From Thermodesulfovibrionales bacterium (lineage in GTDB: Bacteria; Nitrospirota; Thermodesulfovibrionia; Thermodesulfovibrionales; UBA6898): DNA of 63,933 nucleotides. Where the stretch lies: positions 1-63,933 of the forward strand of contig JBJKSM010000109.1 in NCBI GenBank assembly GCA_046704045.1, given 5' to 3'. This document shows, piece after piece, positions 46,000 through 55,881 of the stretch; the stretch's first letter is position 1; every line of letters starts with the position of its first letter. The notes below the pieces were generated by a model. The model was not told the DNA's origin. It saw only the letters and a program-made list of their open reading frames with translations, and ran no database searches. The position numbers and the translations under genes are program-made.

Positions 46000-47508
46000 T
46001 TACGGCTGAAACCCTCTTTTGAAGTCCTCAACCGCCGCGATGAGCTTCGCCTTGAGATCGTCGTCTATCGCTTTCTTGTCCGCAAGCTCCTTCTTCACGT
46101 CGGCCTTACGGTCGTTCAAGTAGCGGAGGAACTCCTCCTCGAACTTCCTGATCGATTCGACCGGGATGTCGTCGATGTATCCCTGCGTCGCCGCGAAGAG
46201 CACCGATACCTGCTCTACCATCGACATCGGCACATACTGGCCCTGCTTCAGAAGCTCGACCATCCTCTTGCCGCGTTAGATCTGCTGCAGCGTCGACTTG
46301 TCGAGGTCGCTTCCAAACTGTGCGAATGCGGCCAACTCCCTGAACTGCGCGAGGTCGAGCCTGAGCGTACCGGCGACCTGCTTCATCGCCTTCGTCTGGG
46401 CCGCGCCACCGACACGGCTGACGGAGAGACCGACGTTCACGGCAGGTCTCACACCGGCATAGAAGAGTTCAGGTTCAAGGTAGATCTGCCCGTCGGTAAT
46501 CGAGATGACGTTCGTCGGGATATATCCGGAGACATCGCCCGCCTGGGTCTCGATAATCGGAAGCGCGGTGAGCGAGCCTCCGCCCAACTCCGCCGACACC
46601 CTGGCGGCCCTTTCGAGAAGTCTGGAGTGCAGGTAGAAGACGTCGCCGGGGAACGCTTCGCGTCCGGGCGGACGCCTGAGGAGCAGCGAAAGCTGCCTGT
46701 ACGCGGTAGCCTGCTTGCTCAAATCGTCATATATGATGAGGGCGTGCTTGCCGTTGTCCCTGAAATATTCTCCCATGGCGCAGCCCGTGTAAGGAGCGAT
46801 ATACTGGAGAGGCGCCGGCTCGCTGGCTGTGGCGGATACGATGATCGTATGCTCCATAGCGCCGTTTTCTTCGAGCGTTTTCACGACACGGGCGATGTTC
46901 GAGCGTTTCTGGCCGACCGCAACATAGATGCAGGTGACATCGCCGCCCCTCTGGTTGATGATTGCGTCGATGCCTATGGCGGTCTTTCCCGTCTGACGGT
47001 CACCGATGATCAGTTCCCTTTGGCCCCTTCCGACGGGGATCATCGAATCGATCGCCTTGAGGCCCGTCTGCAGCGGCTGGTTTACCGGCTGCCTTTCGAT
47101 GATGCCGGGAGCGACAACGTCGACGATCCTCAACTGCTTCGCGTTGATAGGGCCCTTGCCGTCGATCGGCTGGCCGATGGCGTTGACGACCCTGCCGCGC
47201 AGCTCTTCGCCAACCGGCACTGACATGATCCTGCCGGTCCGCTTGACAACGTCGCCTTCGTGAATCAGGGAGTCTTCGCCGAAGAGAACCGCGCCTACCG
47301 TGTCCTCTTCGAGGTTGAGCGCCATTCCCATGATGTTGTTCGGGAACTCCAGAAGTTCCGAGGCCATGCACTTTTCAAGACCATAGATCCTCGCGATACC
47401 GTCACCGACAGATATGACGGTTCCGATCTCGCTCACATCGACCTTTTTTTCGAAGTCCGTTATCTGTTTCCTCAAAAGCTCACTTATTTCTTCTACCTTA
47501 ATCTCCAT
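46000..47508 (-). CDS. atpA: ATP synthase F1 alpha subunit, interrupted by one in-frame TAA (46276-46278)
   Basis: The track ORFs 46276-47508 (Walker A GDRQTGKT) and 46000-46263 (VELLKQGQY...) are in the same frame. The junction reads [18 protein letters not shown], where intact alpha subunits have a sense codon. Total length is 502 codons. Confidence 0.9.
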
Positions 47509-47512
47509 CTCA

Positions 47513-48052
47513 TCACCCCTTTATAAGCTCATCTTTTAAAAGCCTCAGTTGGCCCCTGATACTGCTGTCGTACATGGTGCTGCCGACCTTCACGAGGACA
47601 CCCCCGAGCAGCGAGGGGTCGAGCACGTATTCCACATCGACGTCCCGGTCTATGAGTTTCCTGAGCGCCGCCTTCAGTCGCTCCTCATAGTCCTTGCCTA
47701 CAGTCACCGGCGACATGACGACCGCCCTTGCACGTCTTTTCTTTTCAAGGTAGATCGCGGTGGCATATTTGATGATATCCGATAGGGCCGCCGCCACACC
47801 GGAGGACGTTATGTGGCCGAGAAACTTCACGACTTTTTCGGAAAGTTTCATCTTTGCGGAAACATCCAGCAGAGCCTGTTGCCGCTCCTCGTCCGTAAAC
47901 ACCGGGCTCACGAGCACGCTCCTGAATTCACGGCTCTTCGACATGAGTTCTTCGACGACGCCGAGTTCGGCCAGCGCCGCCGGCGCGTCATCCATGCCTA
48001 TCACATTGATGAACATCTTTGCAAATTTCCTGGCTTCTTTTTGCGGTTTCAA
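47513..48052 (-). CDS. atpH: ATP synthase F1 delta subunit (OSCP)
   Basis: 179 aa. OSCP-like pattern and C-terminal [10 protein letters not shown]....D.S.RG.L. Assigned also by operon position. Confidence 0.9.
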   Translation of the reverse strand: MKPQKEARKFAKMFINVIGMDDAPAALAELGVVEELMSKSREFRSVLVSPVFTDEERQQALLDVSAKMKLSEKVVKFLGHITSSGVAAALSDIIKYATAIYLEKKRRARAVVMSPVTVGKDYEERLKAALRKLIDRDVDVEYVLDPSLLGGVLVKVGSTMYDSSIRGQLRLLKDELIKG

Positions 48053-48666
48053 TTTTTGCCCTCTATCTTTGCAACGGATTCTTCGAGCAGCTTCATCTGC
48101 TCTTCCTTCGTCATTTTCTCCTTGAGCTTCTTCTCTGCAAGCTCCATGGCGATCCCGACCGCTTCATCCTTGATCGATTCCTTCGCCTTCTTGAGCTCAA
48201 ACTCGATATTGGTCCTGGCCTGCTCCATTATCTTCTCTTTCATCCGCTCGCCCTCTTCCGCAAGCCGGGCCTTCTCTCTTTCGCCGGAGTATTTGGCGGA
48301 CGCCACGATCTCTTCAATCTCCTTGTCCTTCACCTTGAGCCGCTCATCGACTTCGGCAAGGGCCTTCTGGGCGAGTTCCTTCGCCTGCCGGGCCTCGTTC
48401 AGCGTCTGCTCGATCAGCTCCGTCCTTTTTTTGAAGTATCCCTTTATGTCCGCTTTCTTGAAGCCATAAAAGAGAATGGCAAGCAGAACCAGAAAATTGA
48501 TGACCGGCCAGAGGTATTCCTTGAAAACGGACTCGTGGGCTTCTCCGCCCCCGGCCGCGAATGCAACAGCGGTGAGGAGAAAGAATTGTGCCACGACAAG
48601 TGAAAGATACAATGCGGTGCGGATCTTTTTGCTCTTGATTAAGGACTGCCTGTTCATTTTCTTCAT
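48049..48666 (-). CDS. atpF: ATP synthase F0 subunit b
   Basis: N-terminal TM region plus a long charged helix. It lies upstream of atpH. Confidence 0.8.
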   Translation of the reverse strand: MKKMNRQSLIKSKKIRTALYLSLVVAQFFLLTAVAFAAGGGEAHESVFKEYLWPVINFLVLLAILFYGFKKADIKGYFKKRTELIEQTLNEARQAKELAQKALAEVDERLKVKDKEIEEIVASAKYSGEREKARLAEEGERMKEKIMEQARTNIEFELKKAKESIKDEAVGIAMELAEKKLKEKMTKEEQMKLLEESVAKIEGKN

Positions 48667-49085
48667 GCCTTTACCAGCTTCCTGACGATCTCATCGGAGA
48701 ATTTCTCCACGTCGGCCCTGAGCGCCTGCCTCGCCTTTTCCGCTTCCGCCCTGAGTTCTTCACGCGCCTTCTGCAAAATGCCCGATGCCTTTTCATCGGC
48801 TTCAGAGAGGAGCTTCTTCTGAACTTCCATCCCCTCGCCTCTCATGCCTTCGAAAACATCTTTCGCCCGTTTCCTCGCCTCCGCGATTTCCCTGTTCATG
48901 GCCGCAATACCGTTTTCTTTTTTTGCGGTCATCTCCTTCGCTGCGTTCAGGGAATCCTTGACGGTGTTCTTCCTCTCATCGAAGGTTTTGAGGAGGGGCC
49001 TGTAGAGAATGATATTAAGCAGGTACAGAAGGACGAAGAAATTGCCTGCCAAGACCAGAAGCCACTTCAACTGAATATCAAGCAT
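48663..49085 (-). CDS. ATP synthase F0 subunit b'
   Basis: 140 aa. One TM helix (LLVLAGNFFVLLYLLNIILY.P) plus a charged helix. It is the first gene of this half-operon; no atpB or atpE is adjacent. Confidence 0.75.
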   Translation of the reverse strand: MLDIQLKWLLVLAGNFFVLLYLLNIILYRPLLKTFDERKNTVKDSLNAAKEMTAKKENGIAAMNREIAEARKRAKDVFEGMRGEGMEVQKKLLSEADEKASGILQKAREELRAEAEKARQALRADVEKFSDEIVRKLVKA

Positions 49086-49209
49086 CTTATCCCCTTATTA
49101 AAAGTAAGATTTTTTGCTTTGAAACCTACGAAGGTTAGCACAGGGGCCGAAAGTTTGTCAAGACATTTATGTTTAAAAATAATAGGTTAGCTATAATTTT
49201 ACCTATAGA

Positions 49210-49230
49210 CTGATAAGAAATTCTTATCAG
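49210..49230. promoter_or_regulatory. Perfect 10-1-10 palindrome CTGATAAGAA-A-TTCTTATCAG in a divergent promoter region
   Basis: Seen directly in the sequence. It lies between the atp half-operon (minus strand) and the 49355 membrane protein gene (plus strand), just downstream of a TATAAT hexamer. Confidence 0.4.
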
Positions 49231-49354
49231 TCGCCGTCAAACCAAGTGAGGCCGCCGTTTCCGTTTTATTGACCTCCGCCGCGCCGCCGGGATACAATGA
49301 ATAAGTGCCGATCAACCGTTAGACCGGACACCGTATGTAGCACGAAACGAGAAA

Positions 49355-49741
49355 ATGATGAGTCCAACATTCGCCATTATAATAGCGATCAACAATTTTC
49401 TGCATGACCTGGCAAGTGCGATCCCGCTCGCCAGCGGGATCGCAATGTGGGTGATAGTAAGCCAATACGAGAAAAACAGGGACGCCGAAACGGAGGCGCT
49501 TATGCTCCGGCTGTACAGGGGAATTTCCAGGATATTCATCGGGTCCCTTGTCTGGATAACTGTCGGAGCGGTCCCGCGTATTCTAACCTTCACGAGATTC
49601 GAGTCGGCTCATGCCCTTCGCGACCACAATATAGACGGCCTGATCGCGGTGCAACTGACGATCTTTGCCGCAGTGATGAGCGGGATGTTTCTCTGGATAG
49701 CGCTCACGAGAAAGGTAAGAAGATTCAAGGGCGCACTCTGA
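49355..49741 (+). CDS. Hypothetical integral membrane protein (about 4 TM helices)
   Basis: 128-aa ORF with hydrophobic helices. No family recognised. Confidence 0.55.
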   Translation: MMSPTFAIIIAINNFLHDLASAIPLASGIAMWVIVSQYEKNRDAETEALMLRLYRGISRIFIGSLVWITVGAVPRILTFTRFESAHALRDHNIDGLIAVQLTIFAAVMSGMFLWIALTRKVRRFKGAL

Positions 49742-49784
49742 GTCGCGAAGCCTTCTTTCCGGTCGCGGGGCCTTCCGGGAATCC

Positions 49785-52169
49785 ATGATGGAAAAAATCT
49801 CACTTCACCTGCTTGAGTTCGACAAGTTCCTGGAATTCGTCGCCGGGTACGCCGGAAGCGCGTCATCGGCAAAGGCAATCATCGAAATCCTTCCGCTTCG
49901 CGAAAGAACCGCCATAACAACACGGCAGCGCCGCGTGGCCGAGATAATGAAGATGTCCGTTGAAGGAAATCCTCCCCGGCTTTCCCGCTTTCAGGACATC
50001 GCGCCGCTGATAGCAAAGGCAAGACCGGAGGGGGCCGTGTTAGAGGCATTTGAACTCGCGGGCTTCATTCCCGTCCTCGATATGGCTTCGGACGTATCCC
50101 TCCAGATAAGCGGACGGGACGATCTTCCTTTTCTTGGCGAGCTTACAAGGGAACTTACGGGGTTCCCCGAGATCCTCCGCCTTCTCAAGAGGTCGGTCGA
50201 CAGCGAGGGCGCCATCCTCGATACCGCATCGGCCCGCCTTGCCGGCCTGAGAGAAGACATCAGGCGTCTCGAAACGAGGATCACGAAAAAGCTCGAAGAA
50301 ATGACGAGGGATGAAAGAATCTCGGTCTTCCTCCAGGACGACTTTATTACCAGGAGGTCGGGGAGGTGGGTAATTCCGGTCAGGATGGATTCGAAGGGAC
50401 AGGTTGCGGGGGTGGTCCACGATGTTTCGAAATCCGGCGAGACCGCCTTCGTCGAGCCGCTCGCCATCATCCATCCGGCGAATGAACTCGAAAATCTTAT
50501 CGCCGAGCAGAAGGCCGAGGAGATCAGGATACTCAGGAACATCTCTTCAAGGATACGGGAGGCATCGGACGGTATCGACGCCGAATACTGCGTGATCGTG
50601 CAGCTCGACGTCCTCAACAGCATCGCTAAATGCGCTCTGCCCATGAGGATGGAGATCCCCGAGATCTGCGACTCCGGCGCTATCAGCATAGTGAAGGCGA
50701 GACACCCGCTGCTCATGCTGGCGTTAAGGAAAAGCGGCATCTCAGGCGAGGTCGTCCCCCTTGACATGGAGCTCGGCGGCACTGACACGGTGATGGTGAT
50801 TACCGGCTCGAACGCGGGAGGTAAAACGATAGCGATCAAGACGATCGGGCTTCTTCTGTTGATGGCGCTCTCCGGCATGCCCGTGCCCGCCAATTCTTCA
50901 TCGCGTTTCCCGCTTGCCGGGGACCTGCTTGCGGACATAGGCGATGAACAGTCGATCGAAGCCAGCCTTTCCACATTCTCGGCTCATATATCGAACATCT
51001 CCGCCATTCTGCGAAAGGCGGGACCGGATGCGGTCGTCCTGATAGACGAACTCGGCACCGGCACCGACCCCGACGAGGGGGCCGCCCTGGCCTGCGCTGT
51101 CCTCAAGGAGCTCAAGGCCCGCGGGGCGATGGTCTTCGCCACCACTCACCTCTCAGAGATAAAGGGGTTCGTCCACATGTCGGACGGCATGTTGAACGCG
51201 TCGATGGAATTCGATCAGAAGACGCTCATGCCGCTGTACCGGCTGCGGATCGGGGAGCCCGGCCGGTCTCACGCGATCGACACGGCGCGACGCTACGGTC
51301 TCCCGGACCGCGTCGCGGATTCAGCAAGGCAGATGATGGGCGGAATCAAGGCGGAGTTCGATGACCTGATCGCCGACCTGAACAAAAAAAGGGTCGCATA
51401 CGAGGAGGCAGTCAGGGAGATCGGAAGAGAAAAAGCGGCCCTGGAGGAAAAGACGAAGGCAGTGGAAGAAAAACTCGCCGAGGCCGAAAGCTCAAAAAAG
51501 GAGGCTCTGGCAGAGGCCTGGCGGGCCGCTGCCGGGATCGTTCAGGACGCCCGGAGACAGATGAATCTCCTCCTCGACGAGATAAAGAAAAAGGAGAGGG
51601 CAAAGAGCAGGGAGGAAGTCAGGGCCGCGATCCGGAAGGCAGCGGCGGCGGAAAAACAGGTGAGGGAAAAACTCGTGGAATACGACACCGATGCAGAAAG
51701 CCCGGACATCGGAGAGATCCGGGAAGGCGACATCGTCTTTGTGAAGTCTCTGGGATATGAGGCCTCGGTGATAAAGGTGAGCAGAAAGCTTAACCGGCTG
51801 AAGGTCAGGGCCGGGGGAATAGAGATCGAACTTCCTGTAGACGATATCGGCTTTCGGAAGGGGGAAGCTATCAGCCGGGGAATAGCGAAAGAGGCCCGCT
51901 CAATGCCTGAAGGCCCTGATGAAATGGTCCCATCCCGGATCAATCTCGTCGGCCTTCGCGTTGACGAGGCACTGTCCCGGCTCGAGCCCTTCCTGAACCA
52001 TGCCTCGCTTGCAGAGTTCACAGATGTTACCATCATACACGGCCTCGGAACGGGTATCCTCTCACGCGCCGTGCGCGGCCACCTTGAAGGACATCCTCTC
52101 GTCGCTTCTTACAGGGCGGGAGACAGGTCCGAGGGAGGCAACGGCGTTACGGTAGCAACCCTCGCGTAA
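49785..52169 (+). CDS. mutS2: Endonuclease MutS2 (MutS domain V ATPase + Smr domain)
   Basis: Walker A GSNAGGKT, a long coiled-coil linker and the C-terminal Smr domain (INLVGLRVDEAL...IIHGLGTGIL). Confidence 0.93.
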   Translation: MMEKISLHLLEFDKFLEFVAGYAGSASSAKAIIEILPLRERTAITTRQRRVAEIMKMSVEGNPPRLSRFQDIAPLIAKARPEGAVLEAFELAGFIPVLDMASDVSLQISGRDDLPFLGELTRELTGFPEILRLLKRSVDSEGAILDTASARLAGLREDIRRLETRITKKLEEMTRDERISVFLQDDFITRRSGRWVIPVRMDSKGQVAGVVHDVSKSGETAFVEPLAIIHPANELENLIAEQKAEEIRILRNISSRIREASDGIDAEYCVIVQLDVLNSIAKCALPMRMEIPEICDSGAISIVKARHPLLMLALRKSGISGEVVPLDMELGGTDTVMVITGSNAGGKTIAIKTIGLLLLMALSGMPVPANSSSRFPLAGDLLADIGDEQSIEASLSTFSAHISNISAILRKAGPDAVVLIDELGTGTDPDEGAALACAVLKELKARGAMVFATTHLSEIKGFVHMSDGMLNASMEFDQKTLMPLYRLRIGEPGRSHAIDTARRYGLPDRVADSARQMMGGIKAEFDDLIADLNKKRVAYEEAVREIGREKAALEEKTKAVEEKLAEAESSKKEALAEAWRAAAGIVQDARRQMNLLLDEIKKKERAKSREEVRAAIRKAAAAEKQVREKLVEYDTDAESPDIGEIREGDIVFVKSLGYEASVIKVSRKLNRLKVRAGGIEIELPVDDIGFRKGEAISRGIAKEARSMPEGPDEMVPSRINLVGLRVDEALSRLEPFLNHASLAEFTDVTIIHGLGTGILSRAVRGHLEGHPLVASYRAGDRSEGGNGVTVATLA

Positions 52170-52175
52170 GCAAAA

Positions 52176-52215
52176 AAAAGACGGGGCGCCGACTGCGGTC
52201 TTCGCCCCGTCTTTT
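52176..52215. terminator. Bidirectional rho-independent terminator between convergent mutS2 and the Lys-rich protein gene
   Basis: AAAAGACGGGGCG-loop-CGCCCCGTCTTTT, with A and T runs on both sides. Confidence 0.85.
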
Positions 52216-52229
52216 CCGCGTACCGATTA

Positions 52230-52517
52230 TTACTTCGCCGGTGTCTCGGCCGGTGCCTCGGCCCCCTTCTTTTCAGCCTTCTTGGCCTTCTTGGCCTTCT
52301 TGTGCTTCCTGACCGCCTTCTTGTGCTTCTTGACCGCCTTCTTGTGCTTCCTCGTCTCTTTCTTCTTCTCCGTCTTGCCTTCCTTGGAGGTCTCATTCTT
52401 CTGTTCGACCTTCGTGGTAGCCGCCTTGTCGGTGTTCGTCGTGTCGGCCGCAAAAGCGATCGAAGAAACTGAGAACGCGAAGAGCACTGAAACAACTAAT
52501 GCCATAACCTTCTTCAT
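52230..52517 (-). CDS. Secreted lysine-rich protein resembling acid-shock protein Asr
   Basis: MKKVMALVVSVLFAFSVSSIAFA signal peptide, followed by a Thr/Lys-rich region and KHKKAV(K/R) repeats. By eye it resembles E. coli Asr (MKKVLALVVAAAMGLSSAAFA...HHKK...). Start at the internal ATG 52517. Confidence 0.6.
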   Translation of the reverse strand: MKKVMALVVSVLFAFSVSSIAFAADTTNTDKAATTKVEQKNETSKEGKTEKKKETRKHKKAVKKHKKAVRKHKKAKKAKKAEKKGAEAPAETPAK

Positions 52518-52719
52518 TGATTTCACCACCTTTTTTATGGAAATAAATTTCTTTTCTTCGAAATTTCCGGAGAGAAGTGCATACAAGAGTCATGCCAACT
52601 TCTATTTCCAATGAAATCAAGCGCCTTTCTACCCTGCCGCGGAACCTGTCCTATTTTCATCCTTTTTTGAGAAAAAGTTATACGATTTAGGGAAGATAAT
52701 ATCTGCGGGGAGATAACCC

Positions 52720-53253
52720 CTAATCGCCCTCGAACTCGGTCAGGGCGAATACCCCATATCCCTTTTCGGCGAGTTTCCTGCGCCCGCCGACGTCCGGAAG
52801 ATCGACGACGAACACCATCTCGGACACGATGCCGCCCAACTTCTCGACAAGGGCCGCGGCGGCAAGGGCGGTCCCGCCCGTCGCGAGCAGGTCGTCGACC
52901 AGAAGCACCCGCATCCCCTTAGTGATGGAATCCATGTGCATCTCTATCGTATCCGTCCCGTATTCGAGTTCGTACTCGTGGCTTATCTTTTCGGCAGGAA
53001 GCTTGCCCTTCTTCCTTATGGGCACGAAGCCCCTCCCCAGGGTATAGGCGAGAGCCCCTCCTATAATAAATCCCCTCGACTCGATACCGACTATTATGTC
53101 GAACGGCACTTCGCCCTTTATATACCTTTGCGTCAGGCTGTCGATCACGAGCCTGAATCCGACGGGGTCTTTTATGAGGGTGGTGATGTCTCTGAACATG
53201 ATCCCCTTCTTCGGGTAATCGGGGACTGTCCTTATCAGCGATTTTATCGGCAT
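52720..53253 (-). CDS. apt: Adenine phosphoribosyltransferase
   Basis: IR.VPDYPKKGIMFRDITTL and the PRPP motif VLLVDDLLATGGTA. Confidence 0.95.
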   Translation of the reverse strand: MPIKSLIRTVPDYPKKGIMFRDITTLIKDPVGFRLVIDSLTQRYIKGEVPFDIIVGIESRGFIIGGALAYTLGRGFVPIRKKGKLPAEKISHEYELEYGTDTIEMHMDSITKGMRVLLVDDLLATGGTALAAAALVEKLGGIVSEMVFVVDLPDVGGRRKLAEKGYGVFALTEFEGD

Positions 53254-53266
53254 CCGGCTCCTCCTG

Positions 53267-54031
53267 TCATCTGCAGCCGCACTCGGTTGTCCTGATCGCC
53301 GAGATCGCCCTGAGAAGCAGCTTCTTCACGTTCTCGGCGTTTCTGTTCATTATCGATAGAATCATGTCCCACGTGACCGGCTCTTCGCCCTCTTTCCAGC
53401 AGTCGTAATCGGTCGACATCGCGATTGTCTGATAGCATATGCCCGCCTCACGCGCGAGGATGACTTCAGGCACGGTGGACATGTTGATAACGTCCGCTCC
53501 CAATTTTCTGAACATGCGGGACTCCGCCTTCGTAGAAAACCGCGGGCCTTCGATCGTAACCACAGTCCCGGCCGCATGATGCCTGAGCTTCAGGGCCTTT
53601 GCGGCCGGTACGAGCACTGCCCGAAGGTCTCCGCAGAAAGGCTCGCTCATCGGCGTATGCACGACCTTCTCCTCATGAAAGGTAAGGGGCCTGTGCTTTG
53701 TGAAATCAATAAACTGGTCCGGGAAAACCAGGTCCCCGGGCTGTATCTTTTCCCTCAGGGAGCCGACCGCTGTCGTGGCGAGGATGTGCGTGCAGCCCTC
53801 CTTTTTCAGGGCGTGAACGTTCGCACGGAAGTTTACGCCGGTGGGATAGATGGAGTGGTCCTTCCCGTGCCGGGCGAGAATGACCGTATCGACACCGTTG
53901 ATCTTTCCGGTGGTAAGCGGGGAAGAGGGTTTCCCGTAAGGCGTTTTCACCGTCTTCTCTTTCTTGTCTTTCATCAACTGCGGGTCGTCCATCCCCGAAC
54001 CGCCGATGATACCTACCTTCACATTCCCCAT
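53267..54031 (-). CDS. mtnP: S-methyl-5'-thioadenosine phosphorylase
   Basis: [10 protein letters not shown] start, RHG..H...P..VN.RAN and the VINMS..PE motif. 254 aa. Confidence 0.9.
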   Translation of the reverse strand: MGNVKVGIIGGSGMDDPQLMKDKKEKTVKTPYGKPSSPLTTGKINGVDTVILARHGKDHSIYPTGVNFRANVHALKKEGCTHILATTAVGSLREKIQPGDLVFPDQFIDFTKHRPLTFHEEKVVHTPMSEPFCGDLRAVLVPAAKALKLRHHAAGTVVTIEGPRFSTKAESRMFRKLGADVINMSTVPEVILAREAGICYQTIAMSTDYDCWKEGEEPVTWDMILSIMNRNAENVKKLLLRAISAIRTTECGCR

Positions 54032-54106
54032 ACACGCTCCATGGCTGCCTTGATGCCTAAAAGATAAAAGAAGGCGGGAGCGAAAGTCAAGGAAAGCTCG
54101 GCAAGA

Positions 54107-54751
54107 TCAGCGCCCCGCACTTTCCTTCAGCCAGCCGGTCCATTCCGCTATCCCCTGGCCGGTCCTGCATGAAACCTCGAAGATCTTCAGCTGCGGGTTG
54201 AGGGAAAGCGCGTCCCTGCGTATCTTGGCCACATCCGCGTCGGTATACGGGACAAGATCGACCTTGTTCAGCACAAGCGCGGAAGACTCTTGGAACATAA
54301 GAGGATATTTCAGGGGTTTGTCGTGTCCTTCGGCAACGCTGAGGATCATCACCTTCATATCTTCTCCTACCTTGAATTCTGCGGGGCAGACGAGATTCCC
54401 CACGTTCTCGATGAAAAGGACGTCGAGACCGTCGAGAGGAAGCTCTCCGATAACCTCGCGGATCATGTTCGCGTCGAGATGGCAGGCGCCCCCCGTATTT
54501 ATCTGTACGACCGGAGCGCCGAATCTCTGGACCCTTTCGGCGTCGTCGGTGCCTGCGATGTCACCCTCTACCACGCCGATCTTCAGGCCCGTGTTCCCGG
54601 CGAGCGTCCTTTCGAGGAGCGACGTCTTTCCCGCGCCGGGTCCGCTCATGAGATTGATCACGAAGACCCCGGCGCTGTCGAACATTTTCCTGTTTTCGAG
54701 TGCGATCCTGTCGTTCGCCTCGAGTATTCTGGACACGACCTTCACGTTCAT
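54107..54751 (-). CDS. hypB: Hydrogenase nickel incorporation GTPase HypB
   Basis: GSPGAGKT-type P-loop (SGPGAGKTSLLE), ENVGNLVCPA and NK.DL motifs. The start shares one base with the hypA stop. Confidence 0.93.
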   Translation of the reverse strand: MNVKVVSRILEANDRIALENRKMFDSAGVFVINLMSGPGAGKTSLLERTLAGNTGLKIGVVEGDIAGTDDAERVQRFGAPVVQINTGGACHLDANMIREVIGELPLDGLDVLFIENVGNLVCPAEFKVGEDMKVMILSVAEGHDKPLKYPLMFQESSALVLNKVDLVPYTDADVAKIRRDALSLNPQLKIFEVSCRTGQGIAEWTGWLKESAGR

Positions 54752-55095
54752 CAGGTAACCTCCATATCGATTATATCCATTTCGCGCCCCCCGGTGATTT
54801 CGAAGGAGGCTCCGCCGCAGCCGGGACAGCTGAGCACGTACTCCTCTGCCACCTCGAAGTCGTTGCCGCACTCCCTGCAATGACCGGAGACAGGCACTTC
54901 TTCTACATTCAGACGCGCCGTTTCCGCCGCGGTGCCGGTCTTGACAGCGTCAAAGGCAAAGAGAAGGGCGTCGGTCATTATCCCCGACGCCCTTCCTATC
55001 CTGAGATTGATCGAATCAACTGTGCTGCCGCCGTTCTTCCGGCACTCTTCCGTAACGATATCGAGCAGGTTCAGCGCGATCGATACCTCATGCAT
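54751..55095 (-). CDS. hypA: Hydrogenase maturation nickel metallochaperone HypA
   Basis: MHE start motif and zinc-site cysteines C.ECG...CP.CG. 114 aa. Confidence 0.93.
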   Translation of the reverse strand: MHEVSIALNLLDIVTEECRKNGGSTVDSINLRIGRASGIMTDALLFAFDAVKTGTAAETARLNVEEVPVSGHCRECGNDFEVAEEYVLSCPGCGGASFEITGGREMDIIDMEVT

Positions 55096-55405
55096 TCTGT
55101 TCTTTCGAGAGTCGCTCCTTCTCTTTCTCGTACGCCTCCTTGCCGGCGTCGATGGCCGACTTCACAAGGGACTTCTTTTCGTCGTAGTACCCCTTTCCCC
55201 TGTCGACGTATGTTCCGACCTTTTCCTTCGTCTGGTCGACATACCCGGAGGCCTTCTCCCGTGCGTCTTCGGCAAGACCCCTTATCTTCTCCCTCGTTTC
55301 CCGGCCCGACTGGGGCGCTACAAGAAAAGCTATCCCCGCGCCGACGACCCCGCCGAGGAGAAAAGACAACAGGACAGAACCCGTGCCATAACCTTCGTCT
55401 CTCAT
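55088..55405 (-). CDS. YtxH domain-containing protein
   Basis: GAGIAFLVAPQSGRETREKI... with a Lys/Glu-rich helical tail. Start at the internal ATG 55405. Confidence 0.8.
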   Translation of the reverse strand: MRDEGYGTGSVLLSFLLGGVVGAGIAFLVAPQSGRETREKIRGLAEDAREKASGYVDQTKEKVGTYVDRGKGYYDEKKSLVKSAIDAGKEAYEKEKERLSKEQNA

Positions 55406-55785
55406 TTTCCGTCTCCTTTCCTGATCAGATTTTTCGCCAGATATCCTATCGCGGCCCCGATGCCCGCCCTCAGGCTGACCGCCCTCACGGACACCGATGA
55501 GCCGACTGTCTCCAGCAGTCCGTTTATTGCCCTGACGGTACGGCTTATTTCGACGACGGACTTCGAAAATTCCCTCACGTCCGAGGTAATGCCGCCGACA
55601 TCGTCCGAAACGGCCCGAAGGCTTTTCAGCGCGGTCTGCAACTCCTTCAGCGCAGGCTTCAGGCCGTCGTCCATCGACTTTCTCAGGAGAATGAGCGTCC
55701 TCCTGAGTTCCACGACCATCGGCACGAGAAACAGCACCTGTACAAGCAAACAAACAGCTATGATAGCCAAAAGGATAGTATCCAT
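55402..55785 (-). CDS. DUF948-like membrane-anchored protein
   Basis: N-terminal TM helix plus a helical region. Pairing with a YtxH protein is a common arrangement. Confidence 0.6.
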   Translation of the reverse strand: MDTILLAIIAVCLLVQVLFLVPMVVELRRTLILLRKSMDDGLKPALKELQTALKSLRAVSDDVGGITSDVREFSKSVVEISRTVRAINGLLETVGSSVSVRAVSLRAGIGAAIGYLAKNLIRKGDGK

Positions 55786-55881
55786 GCTCCCTCCCGCAAA
55801 TTATATCACACTTTTATGCGTTCTCCGAAAACGGGAACACTTTTGATTTTAGTGGCATGTCGCCTACAAGTAAAGGATTTT

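Noticed and set aside
46276-46278. Genome-wide reassignment of TAA to a sense codon as the explanation for the atpA interruption.
   Set aside because: TAA ends rny (28973-28975), ymdB (29905-29907), mutS2 (52167-52169), the TonB-dependent receptor and others, exactly where the homologous proteins are expected to end.
49086-49200. Sigma-70 promoter for the atp half-operon (TTGACA-N17/18-TAACCT on the minus strand).
   Set aside because: The -35 hexamer is perfect but the -10 is poor, so it is not supportable without transcription start data.
52109-52495. 128-aa Arg-rich ORF overlapping the Lys-rich protein gene on the same strand.
   Set aside because: It is an alternative frame of the AAG/AAA-rich repeat region. 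It has no RBS or signal peptide, whereas the 52230-52517 frame has both.
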